From an uncultured delta proteobacterium (GTDB taxonomy: Bacteria > Desulfobacterota > Binatia > Binatales > Binataceae), in NCBI GenBank assembly GCA_963808235.1, contig CAWEEQ010000004.1, positions 864,001-928,000 on the forward strand: a stretch of DNA of 64,000 nucleotides, written 5' to 3'. Made by a program: the position numbers and the translations under genes. Below, in pieces: positions 49,267 to 59,003 of the stretch. Under the pieces are notes generated by a model. It was not told the origin of the DNA. It was given only the letters and a program-made list of their open reading frames with translations, and searched no databases. How positions within the stretch are numbered: position 1 is the stretch's first letter; the number at the start of each line of letters is the position of its first letter.

Positions 49267-51412
49267 GGCGCATCACGACCAGGGATCGGGCCTCGATGTT
49301 GAGCTTGGTTCCGGCGGCTCGCGGCCAATCGTCCTCGGCCGGCGCCGCGCCGTTTCTGGTATCCAGCACTCGGCTCCAACTCTGTCCCCATCTTTCGGGT
49401 GGCATTGCAAATTCCACAGGTTCCCAATGAGCATTGAAGATCAAGTAGAAGGATTCGTCGAGGACTCGGCGGCCGGCCGCGTCAACGCCGGAAATCTCGT
49501 CGCCATTGAGGAACACTCCCAGCGATTTCGCGAAGCCGGCGCCCCAGTCCTCATCGGACATTTGTTCTCCATCGGGCCGAAACCATGCAAGGTCATGTAC
49601 GTCGCTGCCGCGAATCGCTCGCCCCTGGAACCACTTTCGCCGCCTGAACACCGGATGCTGTTTTCGAAACTCGATGATATCGCGGGTGAACGCAAGCTGC
49701 TTCGAGTCTGTATTTTGCCAATCCAGCCAGGAAATCTCGTTATCCTGGCAGTAGGCGTTGTTGTTGCCCTGTTGTGACCGGCCGAATTCGTCGCCGGCGA
49801 GCAGCATCGGAACGCCCAGCGACAGGAAGAGTGTCGCGATGAAATTGCGTTTCTGACGGGCCCGCAACACGTTTACTTTGGGGTTCTCGGTAGGGCCTTC
49901 AGCATCGCAGTTCCACGATCGATTGTTGGGTTCGCCGTCGCGATTATCTTCCCCATTTTTTTCGTTGTGTCGATCGTTGTAACTGACCAGGTCAGTGAGG
50001 GTGAATCCGTCATGGGCGGTTAGAAAATTGATGCTGGCGTAGGGCTTGCGACCACCCGATTCGTACAAGTCCGAGCTGCCGGTCAGCCGCGACGCAAACT
50101 CCGCGAGACTTTGGTCCGAGCCGCGCCAATAGTCTCTTACACAATCGCGATATCGGCCGTTCCATTCAGACCACAGCACCGGAAAATTACCGACCTGGTA
50201 ACCGCCTTCGCCCAAATCCCACGGCTCCGCGATTAATTTCACCTGTGACAGGATCGGATCCTGATGAATGATGTCGAAAAACGCGCCCAGACGATCGACT
50301 TCGTGGAGTTCTCTCGCCAGCGCCGCCGCCAGATCGAATCGGAATCCGTCGACGTGCATCTCTGTTACCCAGTAACGCAAACTGTCCATCAGCAATTGAA
50401 GCGTGCGCGGATGCCTCATGTTCAACGTGTTGCCGCATCCGGTGTAATCCATGTAGTAGCGCGGCTGTCCTTCGACGACGCGATAGTAGGCAGTGTTGTC
50501 GATACCTCTGAAGCAAACTGTCGGGCCGTGCTGGTTGCCCTCCGCGGTGTGGTTGTAAACGACGTCCAGGATAACCTCGAGGCCGGCGGTGTGCAGGGTC
50601 CGAACCATATTCTTGAATTCCGCCACCTGATCGCCGGTCGAACCCGCTGCGGAGAAGCGCGCATCAGGTGCGAAGAATCCGATCGAATTGTATCCCCAGT
50701 AATTGGTGAGGCCGCGAGCAAGGAGATGCCGATCCGCCACCGAGTGATGTATCGGCATCAGCTCGACGGCGGTGATTCCCAGCTTGGTCAAATAGTCAAC
50801 GGCGGCTGGATGCGCGAGCCCCGCGTAGGTGCCGCGCAGATCCTCCGGTATTTCCGGATGCATCATCGTGAAGCCTTTGACGTGCAGTTCGTAAACGATC
50901 GTCTCGTGCCAGGGCACGTGCAGGAGGGCATCGTTATGCCAGTCAAAGTACGGATCGACCACTACGCTCTTGGGCACGAACGGAGCACTGTCGCGATCGT
51001 CACGGCTCAAGTCTTCGTCGGGATGACCGATCGCATAGCCAAACAACGCGTCATCCCAGCGAAGGAATCCGTCGATAGACTTTGCGTACGGGTCCACCAG
51101 CAGCTTGGCCGGATTGAAACGATGCCCATTGTTCGGGTCGTAGGGGCCGTGGACTCGATAACCGTATCGCAGTCCCGGCTTGGCGCCTTGCAAATAAATA
51201 TGCCAGACGCGATCGGTCTGTTCGGTGATGGCTATTCGGTTGGTTTCGAGATTTTCGTCGCGGTCATCGTACAGACAAAGTTCCACCCCGGTCGCATTTT
51301 CGCTGAACAGGGAAAAGTTAACTCCTGCGCCATCCCAGTTCGCACCCTGCGGATAGGGATTGCCGGGCATCGTTCTCATTGTGCCGTTCATAGGACCAAC
51401 TGTTTTGCTCAA
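49256..51412 (-). CDS. glgX: Glycogen debranching enzyme (isoamylase, GlgX/TreX)
   Basis: 'G.PYP.GA.WDG.GVNFSLFSE', 'NYWGYN', 'DGFRFDLA', 'IAEPWD', 'TAHDGFTL', 'GNNNAYCQDN'; start may be 51391 or 51379. Confidence 0.96.
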   Translation of the reverse strand: MSKTVGPMNGTMRTMPGNPYPQGANWDGAGVNFSLFSENATGVELCLYDDRDENLETNRIAITEQTDRVWHIYLQGAKPGLRYGYRVHGPYDPNNGHRFNPAKLLVDPYAKSIDGFLRWDDALFGYAIGHPDEDLSRDDRDSAPFVPKSVVVDPYFDWHNDALLHVPWHETIVYELHVKGFTMMHPEIPEDLRGTYAGLAHPAAVDYLTKLGITAVELMPIHHSVADRHLLARGLTNYWGYNSIGFFAPDARFSAAGSTGDQVAEFKNMVRTLHTAGLEVILDVVYNHTAEGNQHGPTVCFRGIDNTAYYRVVEGQPRYYMDYTGCGNTLNMRHPRTLQLLMDSLRYWVTEMHVDGFRFDLAAALARELHEVDRLGAFFDIIHQDPILSQVKLIAEPWDLGEGGYQVGNFPVLWSEWNGRYRDCVRDYWRGSDQSLAEFASRLTGSSDLYESGGRKPYASINFLTAHDGFTLTDLVSYNDRHNEKNGEDNRDGEPNNRSWNCDAEGPTENPKVNVLRARQKRNFIATLFLSLGVPMLLAGDEFGRSQQGNNNAYCQDNEISWLDWQNTDSKQLAFTRDIIEFRKQHPVFRRRKWFQGRAIRGSDVHDLAWFRPDGEQMSDEDWGAGFAKSLGVFLNGDEISGVDAAGRRVLDESFYLIFNAHWEPVEFAMPPERWGQSWSRVLDTRNGAAPAEDDWPRAAGTKLNIEARSLVVMRRVA

Positions 51413-51460
51413 TGCGCAACTACTTCTCCGTCGCGCGAGAAAAGGGCGTCCAATCCAGCG

Positions 51461-51476
51461 AGCAAGAGCAGGGCCA
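51461..51476 (-). promoter_or_regulatory. sigma54 -24/-12 promoter of the glgX-treY-treZ-GH15-ABC operon
   Basis: TGGCCCTGCTCTTGCT (GG-N10-GC). Confidence 0.65.
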
Positions 51477-51660
51477 GCATCTAGCGCTAGATCCAGTTGT
51501 TTTTCGTAAGCTTTTGCTTACTCTTTTTCGTGGATCGTGAATAAATTACTCACCGAGCCCGATGCGAACAGACATCGGCGATTTAGCTATGCGCGATGGG
51601 TAAAAACTACAGAATTCACTGACCGCGCCCGATTCTGATTAGCGGTCACTGGATTAATCA

Positions 51661-51676
51661 CGGCACATCCATTGCT
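51661..51676 (+). promoter_or_regulatory. sigma54 -24/-12 promoter of the nucleotidyltransferase-GT4-GDE operon
   Basis: CGGCACATCCATTGCT (GG-N10-GC). Confidence 0.7.
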
Positions 51677-51782
51677 TCGATCTGAACCTTCGAAGCAGAA
51701 GCTTTTCGTTCAAAGCAAAGCCTTTTCGAGCAGAGGCTTTCGACTGAACGCATTAAAGCGTCGACGGGAGAGAGACAGCGAA

Positions 51783-52850
51783 ATGCGCCGTGTCGGTACT
51801 ATTCATCGCAACGGGACACCCGCCCAGCACTCCACCGACTCGCAATCCGATGAATCCGACTACGCTGGCGTGATTCTAGCCGGAGGCGATGGAATCCGGC
51901 TCAGCTCCTTCACCCGAAAGATTTTTGGCTACCACGTTCCGAAACAGTTTTGTCCGCTGTTCGAAGGGGAGACCCTGCTCGAACTGACTATGCGAAGAGT
52001 TTCGCTGGTCGTTCCACCCGAGCGAACGATTACGGTGCTGAACCGTGCACATGAGCGGTTTTACTCCCCGATTCTTGGCGCGAGCGCGTCGCCCACGCTC
52101 CTCATCGAGCCGGAGAATCGTGGAACGGGAGCCGCCGTCCTCTGCGCTTTGCTTCGCACGGTCGCTCAGGGACACGCGGGTCCGGTGGCGATCTTCGCGT
52201 CGGATCACTACGTCAGCGACGATTCCTTATTCGTGCGCCACGTCTCCGCCGCTTTCCGCGCCGTTGAGCTCGCACCACGGCTGGCTGTCTTGCTGGGAAT
52301 TAGCCCTGAGGGACCGGAAACTGAATACGGCTGGATCGAGCCCGGCGTCCCGGTCGCGCGCACGCATCCAGCGCTCGGACAAATCAATCAAATTCGTCGT
52401 TTCTGGGAAAAGCCGTCGTCCGACGTCGCGCAGGAGCTATACAGCCGCGGCTGCCTTTGGAACACCTCTATTCTGATCGGAAACGCGATGACTCTGCTGT
52501 CGCTGACAGCGGGCGCGTTGCCCGAGATGTACCACGAATTCACCCGGCATGGGTCTTTTCCTGATAGCGCGTCTGAAGAAGAAAAGCTGGGACCGATCTT
52601 CCGGCATATACCGTCGGTGGATTTCTCCAAAAGCGTGCTGGCCGAATTTCCGGAGCAATTCTCGGTGTTGCCCGTGACCGGAATCACCTGGAGCGATCTG
52701 GGCGATGCCAGGCGCTTGCTCGCGGCCATCTCGCGCAATGGCGCGCACATTTCGGGAGGAAATCATAATGTCTTCAAGGGCCGATCTTTTACGGCCCCGG
52801 GCCCTCAACAACAGATCAGACGATACAAGGCTTCGCTGGATCGGCGGTGA
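51783..52850 (+). CDS. Sugar-phosphate nucleotidyltransferase (mannose-1-phosphate guanylyltransferase-like, no cupin domain)
   Basis: 'VILAGGDG.RL', 'PKQF', 'EP.NRGT', 'SDH', 'EYGWIEP', 'F.EKP', 'WSDLG'. Confidence 0.85.
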   Translation: MRRVGTIHRNGTPAQHSTDSQSDESDYAGVILAGGDGIRLSSFTRKIFGYHVPKQFCPLFEGETLLELTMRRVSLVVPPERTITVLNRAHERFYSPILGASASPTLLIEPENRGTGAAVLCALLRTVAQGHAGPVAIFASDHYVSDDSLFVRHVSAAFRAVELAPRLAVLLGISPEGPETEYGWIEPGVPVARTHPALGQINQIRRFWEKPSSDVAQELYSRGCLWNTSILIGNAMTLLSLTAGALPEMYHEFTRHGSFPDSASEEEKLGPIFRHIPSVDFSKSVLAEFPEQFSVLPVTGITWSDLGDARRLLAAISRNGAHISGGNHNVFKGRSFTAPGPQQQIRRYKASLDRR

Positions 52851-52905
52851 CAGTTAACAGTTGACAGTTGCCGAAGCCTGATCGTTAACGCGGGAGAGAG
52901 TTAAA

Positions 52906-54024
52906 TTGGATACCAACGGAGATTTCGGAGGATCGAGGCATCGGCGCTTGCGTATCGCGCAAATCGCGCCATTGTATGAGAGCGTGCCGCCAAGGTTGTA
53001 CGGTGGCACCGAGCGCGTCGTTTCTTACATCACGGAAGAACTTGTACGACGGGGTCATGATGTCACCCTGTTCGCGGCCGGCGATTCGGATACACGGGCG
53101 AATCTCGTGCCCGGATGCGCGGAGGCTCTGCGTCTTCAGGGCAAGCCGGACCTCGGTTCGTCTTTGCAACTGGCGATGCTGACGGAAGTTTTCGAAACGG
53201 CTCGCGACAACTTCGACATCGTGCATTCCCATATCGATTACTGGTCATTTCCGTTTGCCAGGCTGACCAGAGTGCCTACCGTTACGACGATGCATGGACG
53301 GCTGGACATTCCCGATCTACATCCCGTGTACCATCGATTCCCCGAAGCTGCCGTGGTCTCAATCAGTGACTCGCAGCGCACGCCGCTTATGGGAATGAAT
53401 TGGGTTAGCACCGTAAATCACGGAATGCCGCCCGACCTTCTTCGCTTCAACGGGCGACGCGGCGATTATCTCGCTTTCATCGGACGGATATCGCCCGAAA
53501 AAGGTATCGACCGTGCCATCGAGGTCGCACTCAAGTCGGGAGTGCCGCTCAAGATTGCGGCCAAAGTCGACGCCGTTGACCGGGAGTACTTCGCCGCCGT
53601 GATCAAGCCGCGCATCAAGCCGCCGATGATCGAGTACATCGGAGAGATCGACGACGTGCAGAAAAGCGAGTTTCTCGGCGGTGCGCTCGCGTTGCTCTTC
53701 ACAATCGACTGGCCCGAGCCTTTCGGGCTGGCGATGATCGAAGCGCTCGCGTGCGGCACGCCAGTCATCGCGCGTCCGTGCGGATCGGTACCCGAAGTCA
53801 TCAGGCCGAATGTCACTGGATTTCTCGCCCGTGAAATTGACGAATTGGTGGCCGCGGTCGGCAGGATCGATTCTATTTCGCGGGAGCAATGCCGGCGCGA
53901 GTTCGAAGAGCGCTTCACTTCGGAAGTGATGATCGAAAAATACGAACGCGTCTACCATCGGCTGATCGGCGCGGACGCGGTCGAGACAGAATTCCAAACG
54001 CGGGAAGCGGCTGTCGGCCGATAG
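52906..54024 (+). CDS. Glycosyltransferase family 4
   Basis: 'RIAQIAPL.ESVPP..YGGTERVV', 'GRISPEKG', 'WPEPFGL.MIEALACGTPV'. Confidence 0.92.
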   Translation: MDTNGDFGGSRHRRLRIAQIAPLYESVPPRLYGGTERVVSYITEELVRRGHDVTLFAAGDSDTRANLVPGCAEALRLQGKPDLGSSLQLAMLTEVFETARDNFDIVHSHIDYWSFPFARLTRVPTVTTMHGRLDIPDLHPVYHRFPEAAVVSISDSQRTPLMGMNWVSTVNHGMPPDLLRFNGRRGDYLAFIGRISPEKGIDRAIEVALKSGVPLKIAAKVDAVDREYFAAVIKPRIKPPMIEYIGEIDDVQKSEFLGGALALLFTIDWPEPFGLAMIEALACGTPVIARPCGSVPEVIRPNVTGFLAREIDELVAAVGRIDSISREQCRREFEERFTSEVMIEKYERVYHRLIGADAVETEFQTREAAVGR

Positions 54025-54100
54025 ACAGCCGAAAGACTTTCGATGATACACTGCCGACCGGAGCGCCGGCGCCAATAATCGCGGCGCTCCGACCACCCAG

Positions 54101-56308
54101 ATGGCAGAACGCAGGCCTACCGCGGAGCCGGCGCAGACGGTCGTCAAAGTCGGCAACGACTATTACGTGCTGGCCTCATCGCTGGCGTCGCGCCGCGCGA
54201 GCCATGTGCTTGCGAACGGGCGAAGTTTCGCCGTCTTCGAGATGGATGCCGACATTGTAGACTCCCCGCTCGAGGCACTCGGGTTTTTCAACTCCGATAC
54301 GAGGCACCTTAGCCGCTTCGAGATGCTGATCGACGGAGCCGCGCCGCACTATCTGAACTCCTATCTGAGTGACGATCGCGCGCAGGTCAGGTCGATCCTG
54401 ACAAACGCCGACCTGGGCGAGCGGTACAGTCCGAACTGGCTGCCACGCGACTCGATCCGGGTGGATCGCGGATGGGTCCTCAACGGCGCGGCGCTGTACC
54501 ATCACCTTACGCTGCGAAGCTACTTCCGCGAGCCATTGGATATCGAAATCGATTTTTTCTACAGCGTCGATTTCGCCGACGTCTTTGAAGTACGCGGCCT
54601 TCGCCGCGCGCGTCGCGGACTCATGCTGAAGCCCCGGGTCGAAGGCAGCCGGGTCGAGCTTAGCTACCAGGGGCTCGACAACGCGACACGTTCGACCGAG
54701 GTTCGCTTTGATTGCGCCCCAAAATCAATCGACGCTCAGCGCGCCGTGTTCGCGATGCGCCTCGAGCCGGGCGAGAACCACAAGCTCGAATGCCGGATCA
54801 CCGCGGGTGGAACGTCGCACGCCGCCCGCACGACGCCTTACGCGAGCAACTTCAGGGCGGCGGTCGAAGAGCGGCAATCCGAGCTCTCGCGGTTTCACGA
54901 CGGATGGGCGCGCATCGATGCGAGCGACCGCGAGTTCTCTTCGATGATCCGGCGCGCAAAGGTAGATCTAACATCGATTGTGACGGACGCCAACGGCGGC
55001 GGCGCGTTCATCATGGCGGGCGTTCCCTGGTTCGCCACGCTTTTCGGACGCGACAGCATAATCACTGCGCTGTCGATCTTGCCTTTCCATCCGGAAATCG
55101 CGGCTCGAACTTTGCGCACGCTGGCGGCGTTTCAAGGTACGGCGGTCAACGAGGCGCGCGACGAGCAGCCCGGCAAAATAGTCCATGAGATCCGAAGCGG
55201 CGAGATGGCTGCCACGGGCGAAATTCCGTTCGGCCGATACTACGGCAGCGTGGACGCGACGCCGCTTTTTCTGTGGCTGTACGGGCGTTGCATCGATTCG
55301 ACCGGCGACCTCGAGCTTGCCAAAGAGCTCTGGCCGAACGTCGTGCGGGCTATCGAGTGGATCGAACGATGGGGCGATCGGGACGGCGACGGCTACGTCA
55401 AATATATGCGCGAGACTCCGCGCGGCCTCGACAACCAGGGCTGGAAGGATTCCGCTGACGCAATCTTTCATCACGACGGCGAGCTTGCGCGTCCGCCGAT
55501 CGCACTGGCCGAGGTGCAAGGCTACGTCTACGCGGCCTGCACGAGCGTGGCATCGGTCGCATCGCGTCTCGGACATGCTGAGTTCGCGGAGCGGCTGCTC
55601 ACCCGCGCCGCGGCGCTCAAGCAATCTTTCGAGCGTGACTTCTGGCTCGAGCGCGAGGGAATGATTGCGCTGGCGCTGGACGCGGGAGGTCGTCCGTGCC
55701 GCGTGATGGCGTCCAATGGGGCACATTGTCTCGCGACCGGGCTGATTGACGGCGAGCGCGCCGCAGCGATGTGCAAGCGGCTTCTGGCTGACGATATGTA
55801 TTCCGGATGGGGCATTCGCACGCTGTCGCGCAATGAACAGCGGTACAATCCGATGAGCTACCACAACGGCTCGGTGTGGCCGCATGACAACGCGATGGCG
55901 GCGCTGGGGCTCGCGCGCGCCGGCGATCACGCGGGCGTCGTCACGGTACTCGAAGGCCTGTTCGACGCATGCGGCCAGCTCAATCTTTCGAGTCTGCCCG
56001 AACTGTTCTGCGGCTTCCGGCGCGAGATGACTCTCGGCCCGGTGCCATATCCAGTCGCGTGTTTTCCGCAGGCGTGGTCGGCGGCCAGCGTCTTCATGAT
56101 CCTGCAGGCGATGCTTGGGATGCGCGTGCTTGGATTCGAGCGCCGCGTCGTCTTCGACATTCACCTGGTTCCATCGTGGCTGGATTGGCTCACCGTCGAA
56201 GGGCTGAAGGTGGGCGCAGGCCGCATCTCGTTCGTGCTGCGACGATCCCCCAACGGCGCCGCGATCGAAGTGAAAGAGGAGTCGGGCGGCATTCGCGTCG
56301 AGGTCTGA
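54101..56308 (+). CDS. Amylo-alpha-1,6-glucosidase-like (GDE N-terminal + alpha/alpha barrel)
   Basis: 'DTRHLS', 'DFADVFEVRG', 'AGVPWF.TLFGRD', 'EQPGKI.HE.R', 'NQGWKDS', 'YHNGSVWPHDN', 'LPELFCG', 'PQAW'. Confidence 0.92.
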   Translation: MAERRPTAEPAQTVVKVGNDYYVLASSLASRRASHVLANGRSFAVFEMDADIVDSPLEALGFFNSDTRHLSRFEMLIDGAAPHYLNSYLSDDRAQVRSILTNADLGERYSPNWLPRDSIRVDRGWVLNGAALYHHLTLRSYFREPLDIEIDFFYSVDFADVFEVRGLRRARRGLMLKPRVEGSRVELSYQGLDNATRSTEVRFDCAPKSIDAQRAVFAMRLEPGENHKLECRITAGGTSHAARTTPYASNFRAAVEERQSELSRFHDGWARIDASDREFSSMIRRAKVDLTSIVTDANGGGAFIMAGVPWFATLFGRDSIITALSILPFHPEIAARTLRTLAAFQGTAVNEARDEQPGKIVHEIRSGEMAATGEIPFGRYYGSVDATPLFLWLYGRCIDSTGDLELAKELWPNVVRAIEWIERWGDRDGDGYVKYMRETPRGLDNQGWKDSADAIFHHDGELARPPIALAEVQGYVYAACTSVASVASRLGHAEFAERLLTRAAALKQSFERDFWLEREGMIALALDAGGRPCRVMASNGAHCLATGLIDGERAAAMCKRLLADDMYSGWGIRTLSRNEQRYNPMSYHNGSVWPHDNAMAALGLARAGDHAGVVTVLEGLFDACGQLNLSSLPELFCGFRREMTLGPVPYPVACFPQAWSAASVFMILQAMLGMRVLGFERRVVFDIHLVPSWLDWLTVEGLKVGAGRISFVLRRSPNGAAIEVKEESGGIRVEV

Positions 56309-56564
56309 CGAGCGATCGCGGCCGGCGGCAGGGATTTTTCGAAATTCGGCTGCATTGCCATTACTTGCCATCGTGGCGAATCCGACGCCTAGTTGGCGGG
56401 CCGGAATTGCGGCTGATTTTCCGAAAACCACGCCATTTGGTTGGATTCCTGCACCGAATAGTTCACGCCACACGTTGAATACTCGAGCGAAAATGATTCC
56501 GAGCGCAGCTTGCCAAAATGCCGGGTAGCGTCGTGGTGCGGTTGGACTGGCCCTGACAGATGTT

Positions 56565-56658
56565 TCTTGCAGGCGCACGAAGCCATCATCCTACGCGCGT
56601 GTGGTTTGGGTAAGGCTGAACAGTTCATCCCTGAACTTTGGTGGCGATCCGGAAGATT
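56565..56658. repeat. Left half-element: outer inverted-repeat arm plus 77-bp core (copy 1)
   Basis: 56582-56658 matches 59004-59080 (76/77 nt); 56565-56583 is an inverted repeat of 59081-59099 (18/19 nt). Confidence 0.9.
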
Positions 56659-56765
56659 ATCGTTGCTAATGGCTGGCGGGGACGCAGCGGACCCACTTTG
56701 TCATCGACCACGTGCGCCCCGGTGCGAGCGGTCGCTGAGCGCGCGTGATCGCCTCAGGAAACGGG

Positions 56766-57140
56766 TCACATTCCAGAACTGAGAGCGAAGACGAGATCGA
56801 TTACAGCGCCAATCAGAAATACTGAACCGAAAATGATATATGCCCACCTATACAAAGGAAGCGCATCGGAAGTGTCCTTACGGAAAAACCACTTGTTTGG
56901 TCGGGCCGCCGAGCGTGCAGCGTCCTCGTTGCGAACCACGCAGAGCAATCCGAAGGCAGCTGCAAATAAGTCCCTGACTACTCTGAACCTCACTGGTCCT
57001 AAGTAGTGCCGACCAGGAATGAAGATGAGGACAGCAATTAGTATCGCCCCTGCCGAAATGTAGGGGGATATCCGCCCGACCTCCGCAGACTCGTTATGCG
57101 ATTTGCGAGGGGAAAACTGGGACCACCAGCTGCTTTTCAT
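56766..57140 (-). CDS. Small membrane protein, putative immunity protein for the orphan RHS tip
   Basis: 124 aa with about 3 hydrophobic helices, low GC, downstream of the RHS C-terminus. Confidence 0.65.
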   Translation of the reverse strand: MKSSWWSQFSPRKSHNESAEVGRISPYISAGAILIAVLIFIPGRHYLGPVRFRVVRDLFAAAFGLLCVVRNEDAARSAARPNKWFFRKDTSDALPLYRWAYIIFGSVFLIGAVIDLVFALSSGM

Positions 57141-57384
57141 CTGATACCTGCGTTACTAGCGATTTTCCCATTGTTTTATTGACCGTGCGATTCACTGCAA
57201 AGCCATGGCGAACGTAGCCGATTCCATCTGTAAAAAAGACTATCGCGTCGTCGGGATCGAACTGGAACAATCGACACCTTATACATTGCGCCATTCGAGC
57301 GCTTGGCTCGCAACACCCTCGTTGCGAATCGCGGACGCGGGTCCGACCGAAGCGCAGACCGTTCTATGAAAACCATAAACATCA

Positions 57385-59003
57385 CTAATAGTTGAACGGT
57401 CCAAAAACGTAGTAACCGGTCAATGATAAACCCGCGGGGAGTCCGGTGCCGACTTCCCAGAAGAATCCAGATCCGAAGGCAATACCAACTTGTCCTGCTA
57501 CTCCTTGCGCAACACCCTGCAATCCGACTTGCCAGCCATGCGTTACACTATCGCCCAATGTCAGAGAGCCGCTGGCGCCAGGCGGGTAAACAAACGCGCC
57601 TCCAAGGTACGGATAATAGCCAGAGCTCGTAAGTTGAACGCCGCCCGTGACGCCTAAATAAAGGAGAGCCGGGCCAAACCCAATAGTGACATTAGCATCG
57701 GCGTAACTATCGCCCGCGAGCATCGCGAGCTGCTCGCCCATGCCAGGCGAGACCGCGTCCAGCTCGCCGATCATGACCGCAGTTGCGTCCGGATTGCCCC
57801 CCAATGCTACTCCGGCTACTCCGCCGGGTAAGCCCCACCAACCCGAACCCCAATTTGGTAATCCAATCGATGGTACGCCTCCCACCACAAAAGCACCGGT
57901 GGGATCGGTTCCGTTGAGTGGCGAATTGCCTGCGTAGGCATAAAGGGCTAAGTAGCTTCCGCCCGACAAGCCCAGGGGGTCGCGCGAAAGGAACCGAAGA
58001 TAATAGAAAGTGTCCAAGTAGCGCGAGCGGTTGTAATAGAGCGTGCCGCCGGTGTTGTCCACCACTTCCCGACCCGCAAATTGATAAGGATTGTCGTTGA
58101 TGGGGCCGCTGGGCACTGTGTATCCAAATGCTGAATAACTATAGCGGGTCTGTATGGCGCCGCTGGAATCGGTCAAGGCAACTGTTGAGCCGAGCGCATC
58201 GGTCAGGAAGTACATCGTGACTCCGCCGCTGGTTCGCGCAAAATGATCGTCCACGGCGAGCCCGTTGAGCACATCGGCCCAGCTCCCGGACGTATTCTGC
58301 TCCTGCGCCACATTCGATCCATCGTACAAAAAGTTCGTCACGTGTGAGTTACTGCCAGTATAATTCTCGGTCACTCTTCTCCCAAACGGATCGTATACAA
58401 ACGTTTCGCTTGACGTCTGTCCTGAATTCAGGTTCTGGTTCTCCGCCAGCTGGTTCCTACTGTTGTAGGTGAAAACCAAGCCCGAAGCTCCCGACGTCAT
58501 GTCCCCGGCGCTGTTCGCGCCGGTGCCATTAATAGATCCATCTTTGCCGTAAGTATAGCTACCGGCCTGATTACCAGGCGGTACGTACGCTGATACGGTC
58601 GAGGCAAGACTGCCTGTAATCTCTATCCGCCTGCCATCCGCGTCGTAGTCGTAGCCCAAGTTACCCAGTTGATTGAGGCCCTTGGAATAGACGATCGTGG
58701 TCACCCGGGAGTCTGCGTCGAAGCCATAGGCCTCATTGACTCCATTGGCGTAACTGACTGAGGTGCGGTGGTTATCCGAGTCATATTGCAGCTGCACTGT
58801 GCCGGTGTCCGATCGCGACACGCTGGTGAGATTGGTGTCAAGGTCGTAATTGTAGGTGACTTGCGCCTGCGAGCCGGCGCGCATCGTTTGACGCCGTTTG
58901 TCGGTGTCATAAGTGTAGGTAACCGTTCCCGCGGCGCCTTGCTGTTCGGTGAGAACCTGGTCGAGATTGTTGTAGGTCCGAGCGGTCGTGGTATTGACAT
59001 TCT
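57385..59003 (-). CDS. Orphan (5'-truncated) RHS core plus toxin tip
   Basis: YD repeats, 'TDALGS', 'YQFAGRE..LYY.R.RY..RFLSRDPLG..YAYAGNSP..TDPTG'. RHS homology extends in frame upstream of ATG 58884 to about 59003 (QNVNTTTARTYNNLDQVLTE). Confidence 0.85.

Noticed and set aside
51409-51480. Short hydrophobic ORF MLALLLLAGLDALFSRDGEVVAH upstream of glgX
   Set aside because: Coincides with the sigma54 promoter and has no RBS
56389-56628. 79-aa minus-strand ORF starting in the repeat; also 57094..57294 and 57176..57385
   Set aside because: No recognisable motifs or RBS; cannot be supported as genes, although the 57140-57385 gap may hold a remnant
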